NCBI GenBank assembly: GCA_965215515.1
Contig: OZ244057.1
Span: 768,001-832,000, forward strand
Reading direction: 5' to 3'
Length of the DNA stretch: 64,000 bases
DNA from: Oligoflexales bacterium
GTDB lineage: Bacteria > Bdellovibrionota_B > Oligoflexia > Oligoflexales > JAPPIL01
In this document: in pieces, positions 50,492 to 60,662 of the stretch
How the letters are laid out: every line of letters begins with the position of its first letter
Numbering within the stretch: the first letter of the stretch is position 1
Translations under genes and position numbers: made by a program
Notes under the pieces: generated by a model
Told to the model about the DNA's origin: nothing
Databases searched by the model: none
The model's input: only the letters and a program-made list of their open reading frames with translations

Positions 50492-51052
50492 TCACTCCTT
50501 GCGGAGCAGTTCGACCGCGGTGTTACCGTAGTGCTTGCGTTTTTGCACTATCCAGCCTGGGCAGATGAGCGGTCTAGCTCGCACCTGTTGTTGTGCCGCG
50601 GCGATGGCGAGGTAGCTGCCCTCACCCACTCGCAGGCGGCGAGGCAAAATTTCCCGCCACCTCATCGCTATCCACGGAGGATCAGCCCAGACGAACACCT
50701 GTTCGTTGGTGGCAAAGTGACGCACAAAGTATGCGACAGGCTGTGTTAGAATTTTCACTGCACTGCTGTCGGGGAACGAGTTATTTTTCTGGAGCTGGGC
50801 GAGGTTAGCACGCAAGGTACGCACAGCCTGTCTGTTACGTTCAACGAAAAGACAGCCTGCCGCCCCTTCCGCTAAGGCCAGCATCCCCACTGCGCCGCTG
50901 CCAGCGAAGAGATCGATGCACAGATGCCCTGCCAGCCACGGGCGCAGCATATCGGCCAACGCTTGCCGCACGATGTTTTTTGTCGGTCGCACCCCCGCGG
51001 CACATTTGAGTTGCATTCGTCCTGTTCTGCCGTTCACCTTTATCGCCATCAC
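50492..51052 (-). CDS. rsmD: 16S rRNA m2G966 methyltransferase
   Basis: VRPTKNIVRQAL, DLFAGSGAVG, ADPPW and HYGNT motifs; classic neighbour of coaD. Confidence 0.9.
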   Translation of the reverse strand: MMAIKVNGRTGRMQLKCAAGVRPTKNIVRQALADMLRPWLAGHLCIDLFAGSGAVGMLALAEGAAGCLFVERNRQAVRTLRANLAQLQKNNSFPDSSAVKILTQPVAYFVRHFATNEQVFVWADPPWIAMRWREILPRRLRVGEGSYLAIAAAQQQVRARPLICPGWIVQKRKHYGNTAVELLRKE

Positions 51053-51059
51053 CTCGCCC

Positions 51060-52121
51060 TCACCACGTCAGGGTTAGCAGCAGTGACGTGAACAAAATGT
51101 TAACCAAGCCGAGTGGCAGGAGAAACTTCCAGCCCAAGGCCATGAGGCGGTCGTAGCGGAAACGTGGCAACGTCCAACGCACCCACACGAACAACCACAT
51201 GAAGAAGGCGGCTTTAAGCAACAACATTCCGCTGCCGATGAGGGTAGCGATAATGCCGCCGAAGGTTGTCAGCAGGAAGGCATGTGAGACGAAGGGCACT
51301 TGCCAGCCACCGAAGAACAGGGTAGCGGCGAGACAGGCGAGGACGAACATAGCCACATACTCGGCGAGAAAAAAAGCCGCGAACTTGGTCGAGCCATATT
51401 CGGTGTGAAAACCCGCCACCAACTCGGCTTCGCCCTCCGCCATGTCGAAGGGGGCACGGTTAGTCTCGGCGAACATGCAGACGAGGAAGATGACAAACGA
51501 CAGCGGAGCTTTGCAGACACCCCAAAGGGTGCTCTGCGCCTGCACGATTGCATGCAGATCGAATGTGCCATAAACGAGCACGACGGGAATTAACGACAAG
51601 CCGAGGGGAATTTCGTAACTGATCATCTGTGCCGAAGCTCGCAACGAACCGAGTAACGCGTACTTGCTGTTCGCCGCCCAGCCCGCCACTGCAATACTGT
51701 ATACGCCGAGACTGGAAATCGCGAGAATGTAGAGGAAGCCAACATCGAGTTGCACCACGGACAGAGGGGTAGTCAAGCCCGCCACGTTGAGCGGGGGGCC
51801 GAAAGGTATTGCCGCGGCGATGAGAAAAGCAGGAATGACACCGAGCAACGGTGCAAGTTGAAACAACTGTTTGTGAGCGCCTGCAGGCACGATCTCTTCC
51901 TTGAAAATCAACTTGATAGCATCGGCAAGACTCTGCAGCAGTCCCCACAAACGCCAGCGGAAGAGACCGACACGGTTAGGCCCGCGCCGTCGCTGCATCA
52001 GGGCGGGGCCGCGCCGTTCCACCCAAATCATGAGCGGTGGTACTTGCACGAGCAACACGGTGAGTAGGATAATTTTCCCCAACACCAGTGCTGGTTCGAT
52101 GAGCTCAGCGGTTATTCCCAT
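51060..52121 (-). CDS. nuoH: NADH-quinone oxidoreductase subunit H
   Basis: QRRRGPNRVG, ADAIKLIFKE, AETNRAPFD and RWTLPRFRYD motifs. Confidence 0.97.
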   Translation of the reverse strand: MGITAELIEPALVLGKIILLTVLLVQVPPLMIWVERRGPALMQRRRGPNRVGLFRWRLWGLLQSLADAIKLIFKEEIVPAGAHKQLFQLAPLLGVIPAFLIAAAIPFGPPLNVAGLTTPLSVVQLDVGFLYILAISSLGVYSIAVAGWAANSKYALLGSLRASAQMISYEIPLGLSLIPVVLVYGTFDLHAIVQAQSTLWGVCKAPLSFVIFLVCMFAETNRAPFDMAEGEAELVAGFHTEYGSTKFAAFFLAEYVAMFVLACLAATLFFGGWQVPFVSHAFLLTTFGGIIATLIGSGMLLLKAAFFMWLFVWVRWTLPRFRYDRLMALGWKFLLPLGLVNILFTSLLLTLTW

Positions 52122-52474
52122 TCCAACGCCCCGCTCTTAAGTACATAGACGTAACCGAAAATCAGCACGAGAAGAAAAATAAACATCTCCACAATGCCGA
52201 ACCAGCCCAAAGCATGGAAGACCTTCGCCCATAAAAACAAAAACACCGCTTCGACATCGAAGAGGATAAACAGCAGTGCGGTGACGTAATACTTGATGCT
52301 CATCTTCTCCCGCCGTCCGCCACGTGACACTGCCGTCGGCACTCCACACTCGTAGGCTTCGGTCTTGACCGCAGAGGGGCGGCGCGGGCCGACAAAACGC
52401 GACAGAACGTTCAGGGTGATGCCGACTGCACCCGCAACGACAAAGAACAACAGAATAGGTAAGTATGGGTTCAC
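52112..52474 (-). CDS. nuoA: NADH-quinone oxidoreductase subunit A
   Basis: YECG, FILFDVEAVFL and GALEWE motifs. Confidence 0.97.
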   Translation of the reverse strand: MNPYLPILLFFVVAGAVGITLNVLSRFVGPRRPSAVKTEAYECGVPTAVSRGGRREKMSIKYYVTALLFILFDVEAVFLFLWAKVFHALGWFGIVEMFIFLLVLIFGYVYVLKSGALEWE

Positions 52475-52500
52475 TATACGCTCACCAGAATTGCGCGGGC

Positions 52501-52529
52501 ATTATAGCTGTCGGGCGTGGCAGACGCAA
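52501..52529 (-). promoter_or_regulatory. Putative sigma70 promoter for nuoA-nuoH
   Basis: TTGCGT-N17-TATAAT on the minus strand, 26 nt upstream of nuoA. Confidence 0.65.
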
Positions 52530-52719
52530 GCACTGCCCCTCGAGTACAGCGTAGCGAAGAAGCTTGCAAGTGTTCCTGTCTTTCCTGTACAGGTCGGGGC
52601 AGGGGAGGTTATCGGGTGGATTACGCCATTGGCTGGTGACAGCGTAGGCATAACCCCTATCGGGGGTTGTGGTGAGTTCGGGGCATTGTTGCCTAAGTCG
52701 ATAATTTTGGTTGCGTGTG

Positions 52720-53565
52720 GTGGGGGCCATTATCCGATAGCCACTGTATTCTGTGCGGCAATTCATCGCCAAAACGTGCACCTACACAGTCAACCATCAA
52801 GTCTCTAACGAGACCACCATCAACGCCGCATGTCGAGCACGCCCAGCTGATTACCTCACGATCGTGGCAATCCATGGCAAACACAACCTCGAGACACTCC
52901 CCGTTATCGCACTGGATTCTGAAAGTATCCGAACACCATCGAGTGTTGCTCCTCAACGTAGCCACCTTACCTTCGTGAACCCTTGTTGGCCTCGACGCAT
53001 GCCTTCTCAACAGAAGATTATTGCGCTTCATGATCCTGTAAACACGTTTATGATTGACCGCTGAAACAGCAAGGTCTCGTCGCAGCATGGCAGTCACCCG
53101 ACGATACCCATAGGTGACCTTCGTGCGGATGATCGCTAAAATACGCCGCAGAACGCTGCTGTCGCTCTTTTTCTGCCGCGAGAGCCTCTCCGAGTTACCC
53201 CTCATCTGCTTGTAGTAGTTAGACCTCGATGCCCCTAAAGCACGACAAATAGCCTTCACTGGAAACCTTCCACCCCTTGCAATGGTTTGTACGAAATCAA
53301 CTTTTTTTTTCTGGCCACGAGCGAGACCGACATGCCTGGTTGATAGGTTTCCATGACTATGGCCTGCTTTTCCGCTGGCCCCCACATCCGCCTTTTCCTG
53401 GTTAGAGAAAGCGGAACATCACCTTGCCGTTGCTCTGCAACAACGGCCGCTCCCTCTCTATCGGGTGCCTCCGAACTTACGAAACGATCACTAACCATAA
53501 CTGAACTCCTCTACGTGAATTGTTAGAAGCCGATAGGGTGTCCGCTTTTTACGGGGGCATCTACA
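52720..53565 (-). mobile_element. Truncated IS3-family (IS2-like) insertion sequence
   Basis: Left end TGTAGATGCCCCCGTAAAAAGCGGACA. OrfA HTH (EKQAIVMETYQPGMSVSLVAR) is internally deleted; A9G slippery run at 53301-53310. OrfB YGYRRV, NHKRVYRIM, WCSD, DCHDRE, WLSDNGP then breaks off before the third DDE residue. No right end seen. Confidence 0.9.
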
Positions 53566-53873
53566 CATGGAAGTTGGAAGCATGTAGCAAGGTTCTTGAT
53601 ATTTACAAAATAAAAAGTGAAGCGGCTTATATCTGGACATCAATGTTGCATAGAGTTCTTCCCAACAACACGGAGAGAGTGGTTGAATGTTTTGCCAAGA
53701 TTGTTAAAGGCTCGGATATAAACAACCTATATGTCAATAAACAGGAGGCTAGGGCTATCCTGATGGCTGGGTTAGGAAGCAGTGATAAGAACACTAAACA
53801 GCTGGCCAAGCAAGTCAGGCAGCGACTGTTCGATGGAGGTCAGTTAGACACATCATATATGGAGAATGATTAG
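53566..53873 (+). pseudogene. C-terminal fragment of an unknown gene cut by the IS
   Basis: Open frame begins at the IS boundary with no start codon or RBS of its own; AT-rich. Confidence 0.45.
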
Positions 53874-54382
53874 CTACTCCTATGGTTGGAGTAGAAGTGG
53901 TATGAGTGATAAATCAGCGACGGGTGTGGTTAACGTAACACAAGCTGCCATGCTGCTGACAGGCAGGATCATTAAAACTGGCTCTTGATCACATATGTCA
54001 GTAGGAACTTGCTGAATTATGTGCTAATGTAATGCGGGACAAAGATATGGTTAAATGTTTTGTTATTTCAGTGTGTTAGGTTTTTTGTGTTGAGATTTCT
54101 ACGGTTTTTACCGACCCTTGGTGAAGGAGGGATGATTAGCGTCGAAGGGCTTCATGGCAAGGGACAGGAAATCACCGAGTACCGCCCGTAGGAAAGCCGC
54201 TGTTCCACGTGAAAGGGTGCAAGAAATCTGCGACGACTTTTCCCGTTTTGGCTTTCATTATCAGGCTGATGACAGAAGACAGAACCCTCGTCGGCTTGAG
54301 AAATACAACCCTCTCCCTTTCCCCCCTAATGGGTTGAAGTTTACAGACAGGTCTAGCGATTGAATTTTTAAAATTGTTGTTG

Positions 54383-55315
54383 ATGCCCAGTTGGAATGAA
54401 CTATTAGCAAAATTGCGTAAGAACGGTGAGACCACTGTTGATTCTCTTCGGCGTGAGTACCTCGACAAGCTCCACAAATATAGAAAGCGCAACGTCATAG
54501 CATACTATTCTGGTTGGTTACAAAAGGGTGTTGTCAATGTGGGTGTTGAGATTAATGACCAAGATAAGAATGCTTTCATGGCTACGATGTATCAACTTGA
54601 CAGGAATCTTGGTCTTGATTTGATTCTTCACACCCCTGGCGGCCAAGTTTCAACAACGGAATCTCTTGGCAACTACTTTCGTAACATGTTTGATAATTTT
54701 GATATAGAGGTGTTTATCCCTCAAATAGCTATGTCAGCGGGGACAATGATAGCTTGTGCCTCTAAAGCCATTCACATGGGGAAGCAATCAAGTATCGGCC
54801 CCATTGACCCTCAAATAGACTTACTGAGTGCAGGAAATATCATAAGGGGCTTCAAGAGAGCCTCAGATATGGTGAAGGAAAATCCTTCGGCAGCCCATTT
54901 GTGGCAACCTATCATGGCAAAATATGACCTGACCACTCTAGTAGGGTGCGAGGAATCAATTTTTTGGGTTGAAGAGATGGTGTATGAATGGTTAAAAACT
55001 GGCATGTTCTCTGAAGAACCCGACGGCGAAGAAAAGGCGAAACAGGCTACAGCAAATTTGTTGCATCAAAAGACAAGTAAGCCTCATGATAAGTCAAGTA
55101 GGCCACACGATAGGCAGCTTAGTAGCGTGTCTGCTAGAAAAGCTGGTCTTAGGGTCAAGAATCTTGAAGATGATAACGAGCTGCAGGATTTGGTTCTAAC
55201 TGTTCACCATGCCTATATGATTACTTTTGCACAAACTCCTGCGGTAAAGATTGTTGAAAACCACAAAGGTATAGCTATGATCACCCAGCAACAACCACCT
55301 TTACCCAGCGGCTAG
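54383..55315 (+). CDS. SDH-family ClpP-fold serine protease
   Basis: MPSWNELL, RNVIAYYSGWL, LDLILHTPGG, PQIAMSAGTMIA and GPIDPQ motifs. Confidence 0.88.
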   Translation: MPSWNELLAKLRKNGETTVDSLRREYLDKLHKYRKRNVIAYYSGWLQKGVVNVGVEINDQDKNAFMATMYQLDRNLGLDLILHTPGGQVSTTESLGNYFRNMFDNFDIEVFIPQIAMSAGTMIACASKAIHMGKQSSIGPIDPQIDLLSAGNIIRGFKRASDMVKENPSAAHLWQPIMAKYDLTTLVGCEESIFWVEEMVYEWLKTGMFSEEPDGEEKAKQATANLLHQKTSKPHDKSSRPHDRQLSSVSARKAGLRVKNLEDDNELQDLVLTVHHAYMITFAQTPAVKIVENHKGIAMITQQQPPLPSG

Positions 55316-55418
55316 TTGATAGCCACATCGGACAACTAGGGTGTGTCGCCGTTTTGTATGGTATACAGCTGTCCGGTGGCAATAATTTAATCCTAATTGC
55401 CGAAGGGAGGTGATTACA

Positions 55419-55583
55419 TTGGCGATGAATTTAGATGAGCGGGTTAAGCGTTTGGAGGACGATGTTCTTGCTATCCTACAGAGTGCTAATTGTGTGGTTT
55501 TGCCAGAAATACGCCACAGGCTTGACAAGTTGGAAGAACTCATCGGTGCCCTGAAGCAGTCGTTACCAAAGGGCAACCAGTAG
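55419..55583 (+). CDS. Small coiled-coil hypothetical protein (54 aa; below the ORF-track cutoff)
   Basis: GGGAGGTG RBS; MAMNLDERVKRLEDDVLAILQSANCVVLPEIRHRLDKLEELIGALKQSLPKGNQ. Confidence 0.55.
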   Translation: MAMNLDERVKRLEDDVLAILQSANCVVLPEIRHRLDKLEELIGALKQSLPKGNQ

Positions 55584-55772
55584 GCAGCGGTTAACTGCTA
55601 ACCCATCCCGCAGTACGGGCACAAATCATCAGTTTTCGGGGGTTCTGTTCTGTGCCCTCTGCGGCAGAGCATGCCACCTAGATAAATGGGTGTTAGTATG
55701 CACATAGTGCGGCTGCGAGTGGATGAATGGCTAATAAGGCTGCTAATCACAACCAAAGCCTGTGTGCCACAG

Positions 55773-56237
55773 CTAGGCAGATGCCCTTATCTGCCCCTTC
55801 CGTTGTGCCACATAAACCCCCTCTCTTTTGAGAATGGCGGTGACCGTGTGGTAGTCCCACCCCTTACCTTGCCGCCGTGTGGGTATCTTCATGGTATTCA
55901 AGAACATACCGATGGCAGCGATGCTTACCCCTTCGGCGTGCATCTGCTTGATGGTAGCGATGGTGCGCGACTCACCATTGTGATCTATGATCTTGCCACT
56001 GACGCGCCGCTTGCCATAAGTTAGAGAACGCGAACTGTAGCGTTCTGACCGCTTGCGCAGAGGTATTTTGTGCTTCAATAGCTGGTTTCGGATGTGCGTT
56101 TTTGAGCAAGAAAACTCCCTAGCAATTTCAAGCATGGAGAGCCGATTTTCGAGATATTTTTGTTTGAGTAAATCTTCGGGAATGGGCAAGTAAGCAATAC
56201 AAGCAATTGATTTGATTAAAATTTTTGGATTGAGCAA
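55773..56237 (-). CDS. HTH + serine-recombinase-type DNA-binding domain protein, no catalytic domain
   Basis: LKQKYLENRLSMLEIAREFSCSKTHI (HTH); YG...IKQMHAEGVSIAAIGMFLN...PTRRQGKGWDYHTVTAILKRE (recombinase domain). Confidence 0.7.
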   Translation of the reverse strand: MLNPKILIKSIACIAYLPIPEDLLKQKYLENRLSMLEIAREFSCSKTHIRNQLLKHKIPLRKRSERYSSRSLTYGKRRVSGKIIDHNGESRTIATIKQMHAEGVSIAAIGMFLNTMKIPTRRQGKGWDYHTVTAILKREGVYVAQRKGQIRASA

Positions 56238-56250
56238 AAATCTTGTCTCT

Positions 56251-58484
56251 TGACAATCAGGGGGTCCCGCATGGGGAGCGACCTGCTGCGATCACGCTAG
56301 CACACCTGGTGGGGCCGCGTTTCAATCCACGCTCCCGCATGGGGAGCGACTACCCAATAACGATAACCACCATAGCGCAGCTCAGTTTCAATCCACGCTC
56401 CCGCATAGGGAGCGACACTGGCTCAATGCCCAGTGTTTTGTTGCGGGGCTGTTTCAATCCACGCTCCCGCATGGGGAGCGACTACTGGAGTCGCCTGAGC
56501 TAAGTCACGCACCATCAGTTTCAATCCACGCTCCCGCATGGGGAGCGACAGCGCTGGATTAATTGTTACTGATGCGGCAGGACTGTTTCAATCCACGCTC
56601 CCGCATGGGGAGCGACCTGCTGCGATCACGCTAGCACACCTGGTGGGGCCGCGTTTCAATCCACGCTCCCGCATGGGGAGCGACCAATTTTTCCTATAGA
56701 CATGTTCCCCCTTGAAACCGTTTCAATCCACGCTCCCGCATGGGGAGCGACGTAGCTAATACAGTAACACCCAAATTGGCTATCGCTGTTTCAATCCACG
56801 CTCCCGCATGGGGAGCGACCATCATTGGGCCACGTGCGCTTGCAGGAGGAGATGGTTTCAATCCACGCTCCCGCATGGGGAGCGACAGACTATCCGCCAC
56901 AAGGCGACGGATATTAACATGTTTCAATCCACGCTCCCGCATGGGGAGCGACCCACACTTTCTTGCCGAGATATATAGTGCACCGCAGTTTCAATCCACG
57001 CTCCCGCATGGGGAGCGACTTTAACTCACCATAACCCGCTCACGGAGTGATCGTGTTTCAATCCACGCTCCCGCATGGGGAGCGACAACTGATGACCGCC
57101 CGTACGCGGAAAATAGTGTCGTTTCAATCCACGCTCCCGCATGGGGAGCGACCGGCGCATTAATAGACATCGCTACCGGCAACGCACGTTTCAATCCACG
57201 CTCCCGCATGGGGAGCGACCGCGGGAAACAAGAAACCCAACAAGAGCAAGAGTGTTTCAATCCACGCTCCCGCATGGGGAGCGACTAGTTTCAACAAAAA
57301 AGTGAGAAAAGTGCTAAGGTGTTTCAATCCACGCTCCCGCATGGGGAGCGACTGCCCTGTCACGTACGTGTAAGACACTGTCTTGCGGTTTCAATCCACG
57401 CTCCCGCATGGGGAGCGACGGCGAGGGTATGACGTGACGTAACCCTCAGCTCGCGTTTCAATCCACGCTCCCGCATGGGGAGCGACTTTACCCAAACGAG
57501 TAAGTTAGAGGAGTCGCAGTGTTTCAATCCACGCTCCCGCATGGGGAGCGACCCCCCTCGCACACCGTACATTGCCGCGCCGGTATCGTTTCAATCCACG
57601 CTCCCGCATGGGGAGCGACCAGGGCGCAATGTGGTGTAGTTATTATCTTAACACGTTTCAATCCACGCTCCCGCATGGGGAGCGACCCGCAGCGAGACTC
57701 AGCCTATCCTCGCCGACCAAGTTTCAATCCACGCTCCCGCATGGGGAGCGACATGAGACCATGTTCTGCGGTACCCGCGGATGCGGTGTTTCAATCCACG
57801 CTCCCGCATGGGGAGCGACTGTACAGGAGAGGGTACGGGGGCTGTCTGCCAGTGTTTCAATCCACGCTCCCGCATGGGGAGCGACCAAAACCTCGAGAAG
57901 TAGAGCCCCTGGGAGTTTATGTTTCAATCCACGCTCCCGCATGGGGAGCGACCTACTGCCGCAACAGCAGCAGCATCTACCTCCAAAGTTTCAATCCACG
58001 CTCCCGCATGGGGAGCGACTAGTTTCAACAAAAAAGTGAGAAAAGTGCTAAGGTGTTTCAATCCACGCTCCCGCATGGGGAGCGACTGCCCTGTCACGTA
58101 CGTGTAAGACACTGTCTTGCGGTTTCAATCCACGCTCCCGCATGGGGAGCGACGGCGAGGGTATGACGTGACGTAACCCTCAGCTCGCGTTTCAATCCAC
58201 GCTCCCGCATGGGGAGCGACTTTATCTTCTCCAAAATGATATAATTAATTATAAGTTTCAATCCACGCTCCCGCATGGGGAGCGACATGGGGACGTTTTT
58301 AGGGAGGGAAAGGTAGATGGTTTCAATCCACGCTCCCGCATGGGGAGCGACCCAAATGACTCCAGAGTCATTAGACATGGTGGAACGTTTCAATCCACGC
58401 TCCCGCATGGGGAGCGACACACATGCCTATCATAAGTCCTTGATATTATTAGGTTTCAATCCACGCTCCCGCATGGGGAGCGAC
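56251..58484 (-). CRISPR. Type I-C CRISPR array: 33 full repeats, 1 degenerate terminal repeat, 33 spacers (33-36 nt)
   Basis: 32-bp repeat GTCGCTCCCCATGCGGGAGCGTGGATTGAAAC (minus strand). Degenerate copy at 56251-56282; one variant repeat at 56385. Confidence 0.98.
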
Positions 58485-58733
58485 TTCATAAGAGTAACAT
58501 CAGAATTTAAAAGAGGAAATCAGCTCCAGCCCGCTAACATAACAAAAACTAAGCACCCACTCGCCAAAAATAAGAAACCTCACTCCATACCCCCTAAAAG
58601 ACAGATAGTTACACACCCGCTAACCACAAGGGGTTTTGTGAGAACGCAAGGTTAGCACCTAACTCGACAGTCAATATACAGATAACAAATCACAGCACTG
58701 TTGATGAAGAATGTCAAATGTGAGAGGGCACAA
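58485..58733 (-). promoter_or_regulatory. CRISPR leader
   Basis: AT-rich non-coding region between cas2 and the first repeat, opposite the degenerate end. Confidence 0.8.
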
Positions 58734-59027
58734 CTACACCGCGAGAATATCATGTAACGGGTTGGGAACTCCCTTCACCCCAAAGTGCTCCACCTTATTT
58801 TTCCCCTTCTTGCCCAAGTGATAAAAACGTAAACTATCTTTGTCAGCATCAAATATGTTCAATAACTTGCCCCGCAAGGCAGTATACTGAGCTGGATCTA
58901 CTTCACATTCAAAAACAGAGTTCTGCACCCTAACTCCGTAATCAAGACAAGCCTTCGCTATGTTGCGCAATCGACGCTGCCCATCTCTTGTAACAACACT
59001 GACATCGTAAGCGATCAATACTAGCAC
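58734..59027 (-). CDS. cas2: CRISPR-associated endonuclease Cas2
   Basis: LIAYDV, RVQNSVFEC and DSLRFY motifs. Confidence 0.97.
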   Translation of the reverse strand: MLVLIAYDVSVVTRDGQRRLRNIAKACLDYGVRVQNSVFECEVDPAQYTALRGKLLNIFDADKDSLRFYHLGKKGKNKVEHFGVKGVPNPLHDILAV

Positions 59028-60044
59028 CTATTTCACCAAATAAGGAGGATAAAACTCTAAATCACCCCGCAAATACCTCGCCAACAACAAAGCCTGACAA
59101 TGCGGAAGCAACCCAATAGGAACTTTTTCCCGCAAATACGGATGCATGATCTCACTCTTTTTCCTCTCCTGATACGCAGCAAGGAAAGACTTTTTGCCCC
59201 GCTCAGTGAACCGCACCGCACCACTACCCTCGGTAATAAAATCTGTCTTCCCAAGCTGTTTGCGATTAATCAATGTCAACACTAAACGATCCGCCCAAGA
59301 TGACCGAAACTCCTCAAGCAAATCCAACGCAAGACTGACCCTGCCTGGTCTATCCCTGTGCAAAAAACCTACATAAGGATCAAGACCAACACCAGCCAAA
59401 GCTGACACGCACTCCTGTGTCAATAAAGAATAAGCAAATGACAACATAGCATTGACAGGATCAGTCGGCGGCCTCCTCACCCGCAAGCCAAAAACAAAAT
59501 CAGCACCTTTCAATAATCGATTAAAAACTGAAAAATAAACAGTTGCAGCCTCACCTTCAATACCCCTCACCTCACCATGACTACTCGCACGCTCAGTACT
59601 TCGGCAACTGAAATACAAATGCCTGACCGCATCTATCAGTATCTCGTCCTCACCATAATTACGTATCTCACGTTGCAAAACAGCTCGTGCATTGGCAATT
59701 TTAGCCGCAACAATCAAACGCGCCACCGACAATGCCTGCTCCTCATCGTCAGCCTGACGATACTGCGTCCTGCGCAATAAAACATTGCCCGCTGTCTTCC
59801 CCTGTACACGCGCTAAAAACCTCCCATACTCGGTAAAAAATACTACGCCAATACCTGCCTCGACGCAATATCCCATCAGAGGCGGCGACATCGACACCCG
59901 CCCAAAACAAAAAATATTAGCAATATTCAAAGAAGGAAACTGCCCTAACTTCTCATCACCATCTTTGACAACAATCGTTTTCCTCTCTTTGCGTATATAA
60001 CTACCCTGCGTATTGACATATAAGCTGTTAAGAAGTTTTTTCAC
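59028..60044 (-). CDS. cas1: Type I-C Cas1
   Basis: KKLLNSLYV, GNVLLRRTQY, RGIEGEAA, NAMLSFAY and GFLHRDRPGRVSLALDLLEEFR motifs. GTG start overlaps the cas4 stop. Confidence 0.97.
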   Translation of the reverse strand: MKKLLNSLYVNTQGSYIRKERKTIVVKDGDEKLGQFPSLNIANIFCFGRVSMSPPLMGYCVEAGIGVVFFTEYGRFLARVQGKTAGNVLLRRTQYRQADDEEQALSVARLIVAAKIANARAVLQREIRNYGEDEILIDAVRHLYFSCRSTERASSHGEVRGIEGEAATVYFSVFNRLLKGADFVFGLRVRRPPTDPVNAMLSFAYSLLTQECVSALAGVGLDPYVGFLHRDRPGRVSLALDLLEEFRSSWADRLVLTLINRKQLGKTDFITEGSGAVRFTERGKKSFLAAYQERKKSEIMHPYLREKVPIGLLPHCQALLLARYLRGDLEFYPPYLVK

Positions 60045-60661
60045 TTCCTGAATAATTCCTTGATATAAGCTTTTGAACCATCTCTGGCAAAAGTATAAGG
60101 CTTGCAAATATCATTCAGAGAACAACCGCGACACCTCGCCTTCTCTTTCGTAGGTGCTGGGGTCCTCCCACTCTCCCAAACCAGATGCGCAGCAGAAATT
60201 GTCTCACGCGTTAGCCGCCGCAGCTCCTCATCAATGCAAATCCTCTCTCGTTGACGTGTCTGCCAATACCAAATCGCACCCTCTGTTACCTCTATGCCTT
60301 GCATTTCCTCAAGACACAAAGCCTGCGCGCACAACTGTACCCGATCCCAATCCTCAACCTTAGGCTTGCCACGTTTATACTCGACAGGAAAATAACGTTT
60401 CGTACCATCCGCCCGCGCTTCAATTTCCAGCAGATCCATCTTGCCGATAAGAGCATGTGCATAAGAAACCAACGCCACCCCGCGCTCATAACGCAGCCGC
60501 CCCCGCTGTTCCATTTCGCCACTATCCGCCCGTACATGCAAGATACGACCTTCTGCCGTGAAGCGATTCTCTTCCCATACCTGCTCGATGTATATTAAGG
60601 CGAACTGTCGTGAACAATAAGCGTAATGTTGCAGCGCAGATATGGGAAGCATGTTCTCCAA
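60041..60661 (-). CDS. cas4: Cas4
   Basis: ISALQHYAYCSRQ, PVEYKRG, QLCAQALCLEEM and CRGCSLNDIC motifs. Confidence 0.97.
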   Translation of the reverse strand: MENMLPISALQHYAYCSRQFALIYIEQVWEENRFTAEGRILHVRADSGEMEQRGRLRYERGVALVSYAHALIGKMDLLEIEARADGTKRYFPVEYKRGKPKVEDWDRVQLCAQALCLEEMQGIEVTEGAIWYWQTRQRERICIDEELRRLTRETISAAHLVWESGRTPAPTKEKARCRGCSLNDICKPYTFARDGSKAYIKELFRK

Positions 60662-60662
60662 T

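Noticed and set aside
53902..53988. 28-aa ORF with NVTQAAMLL, resembling an excisionase HTH start
   Set aside because: Too short and the similarity too weak to support a call.
56283..58452. Self-targeting spacers
   Set aside because: No match to the rest of the window was noticed by eye; an exhaustive alignment was not possible, so this is untested rather than excluded.
58419..58452. Newest spacer contains TAAGTCCTTGATATT, reminiscent of recombinase att-site arms
   Set aside because: Short AT-rich resemblance only; cannot be supported without a database hit.
56243..58655. Many ORFs with repeating peptides (FNPRSRMGSD, VAPHAGAWIET)
   Set aside because: These are translations of CRISPR repeats, not genes.
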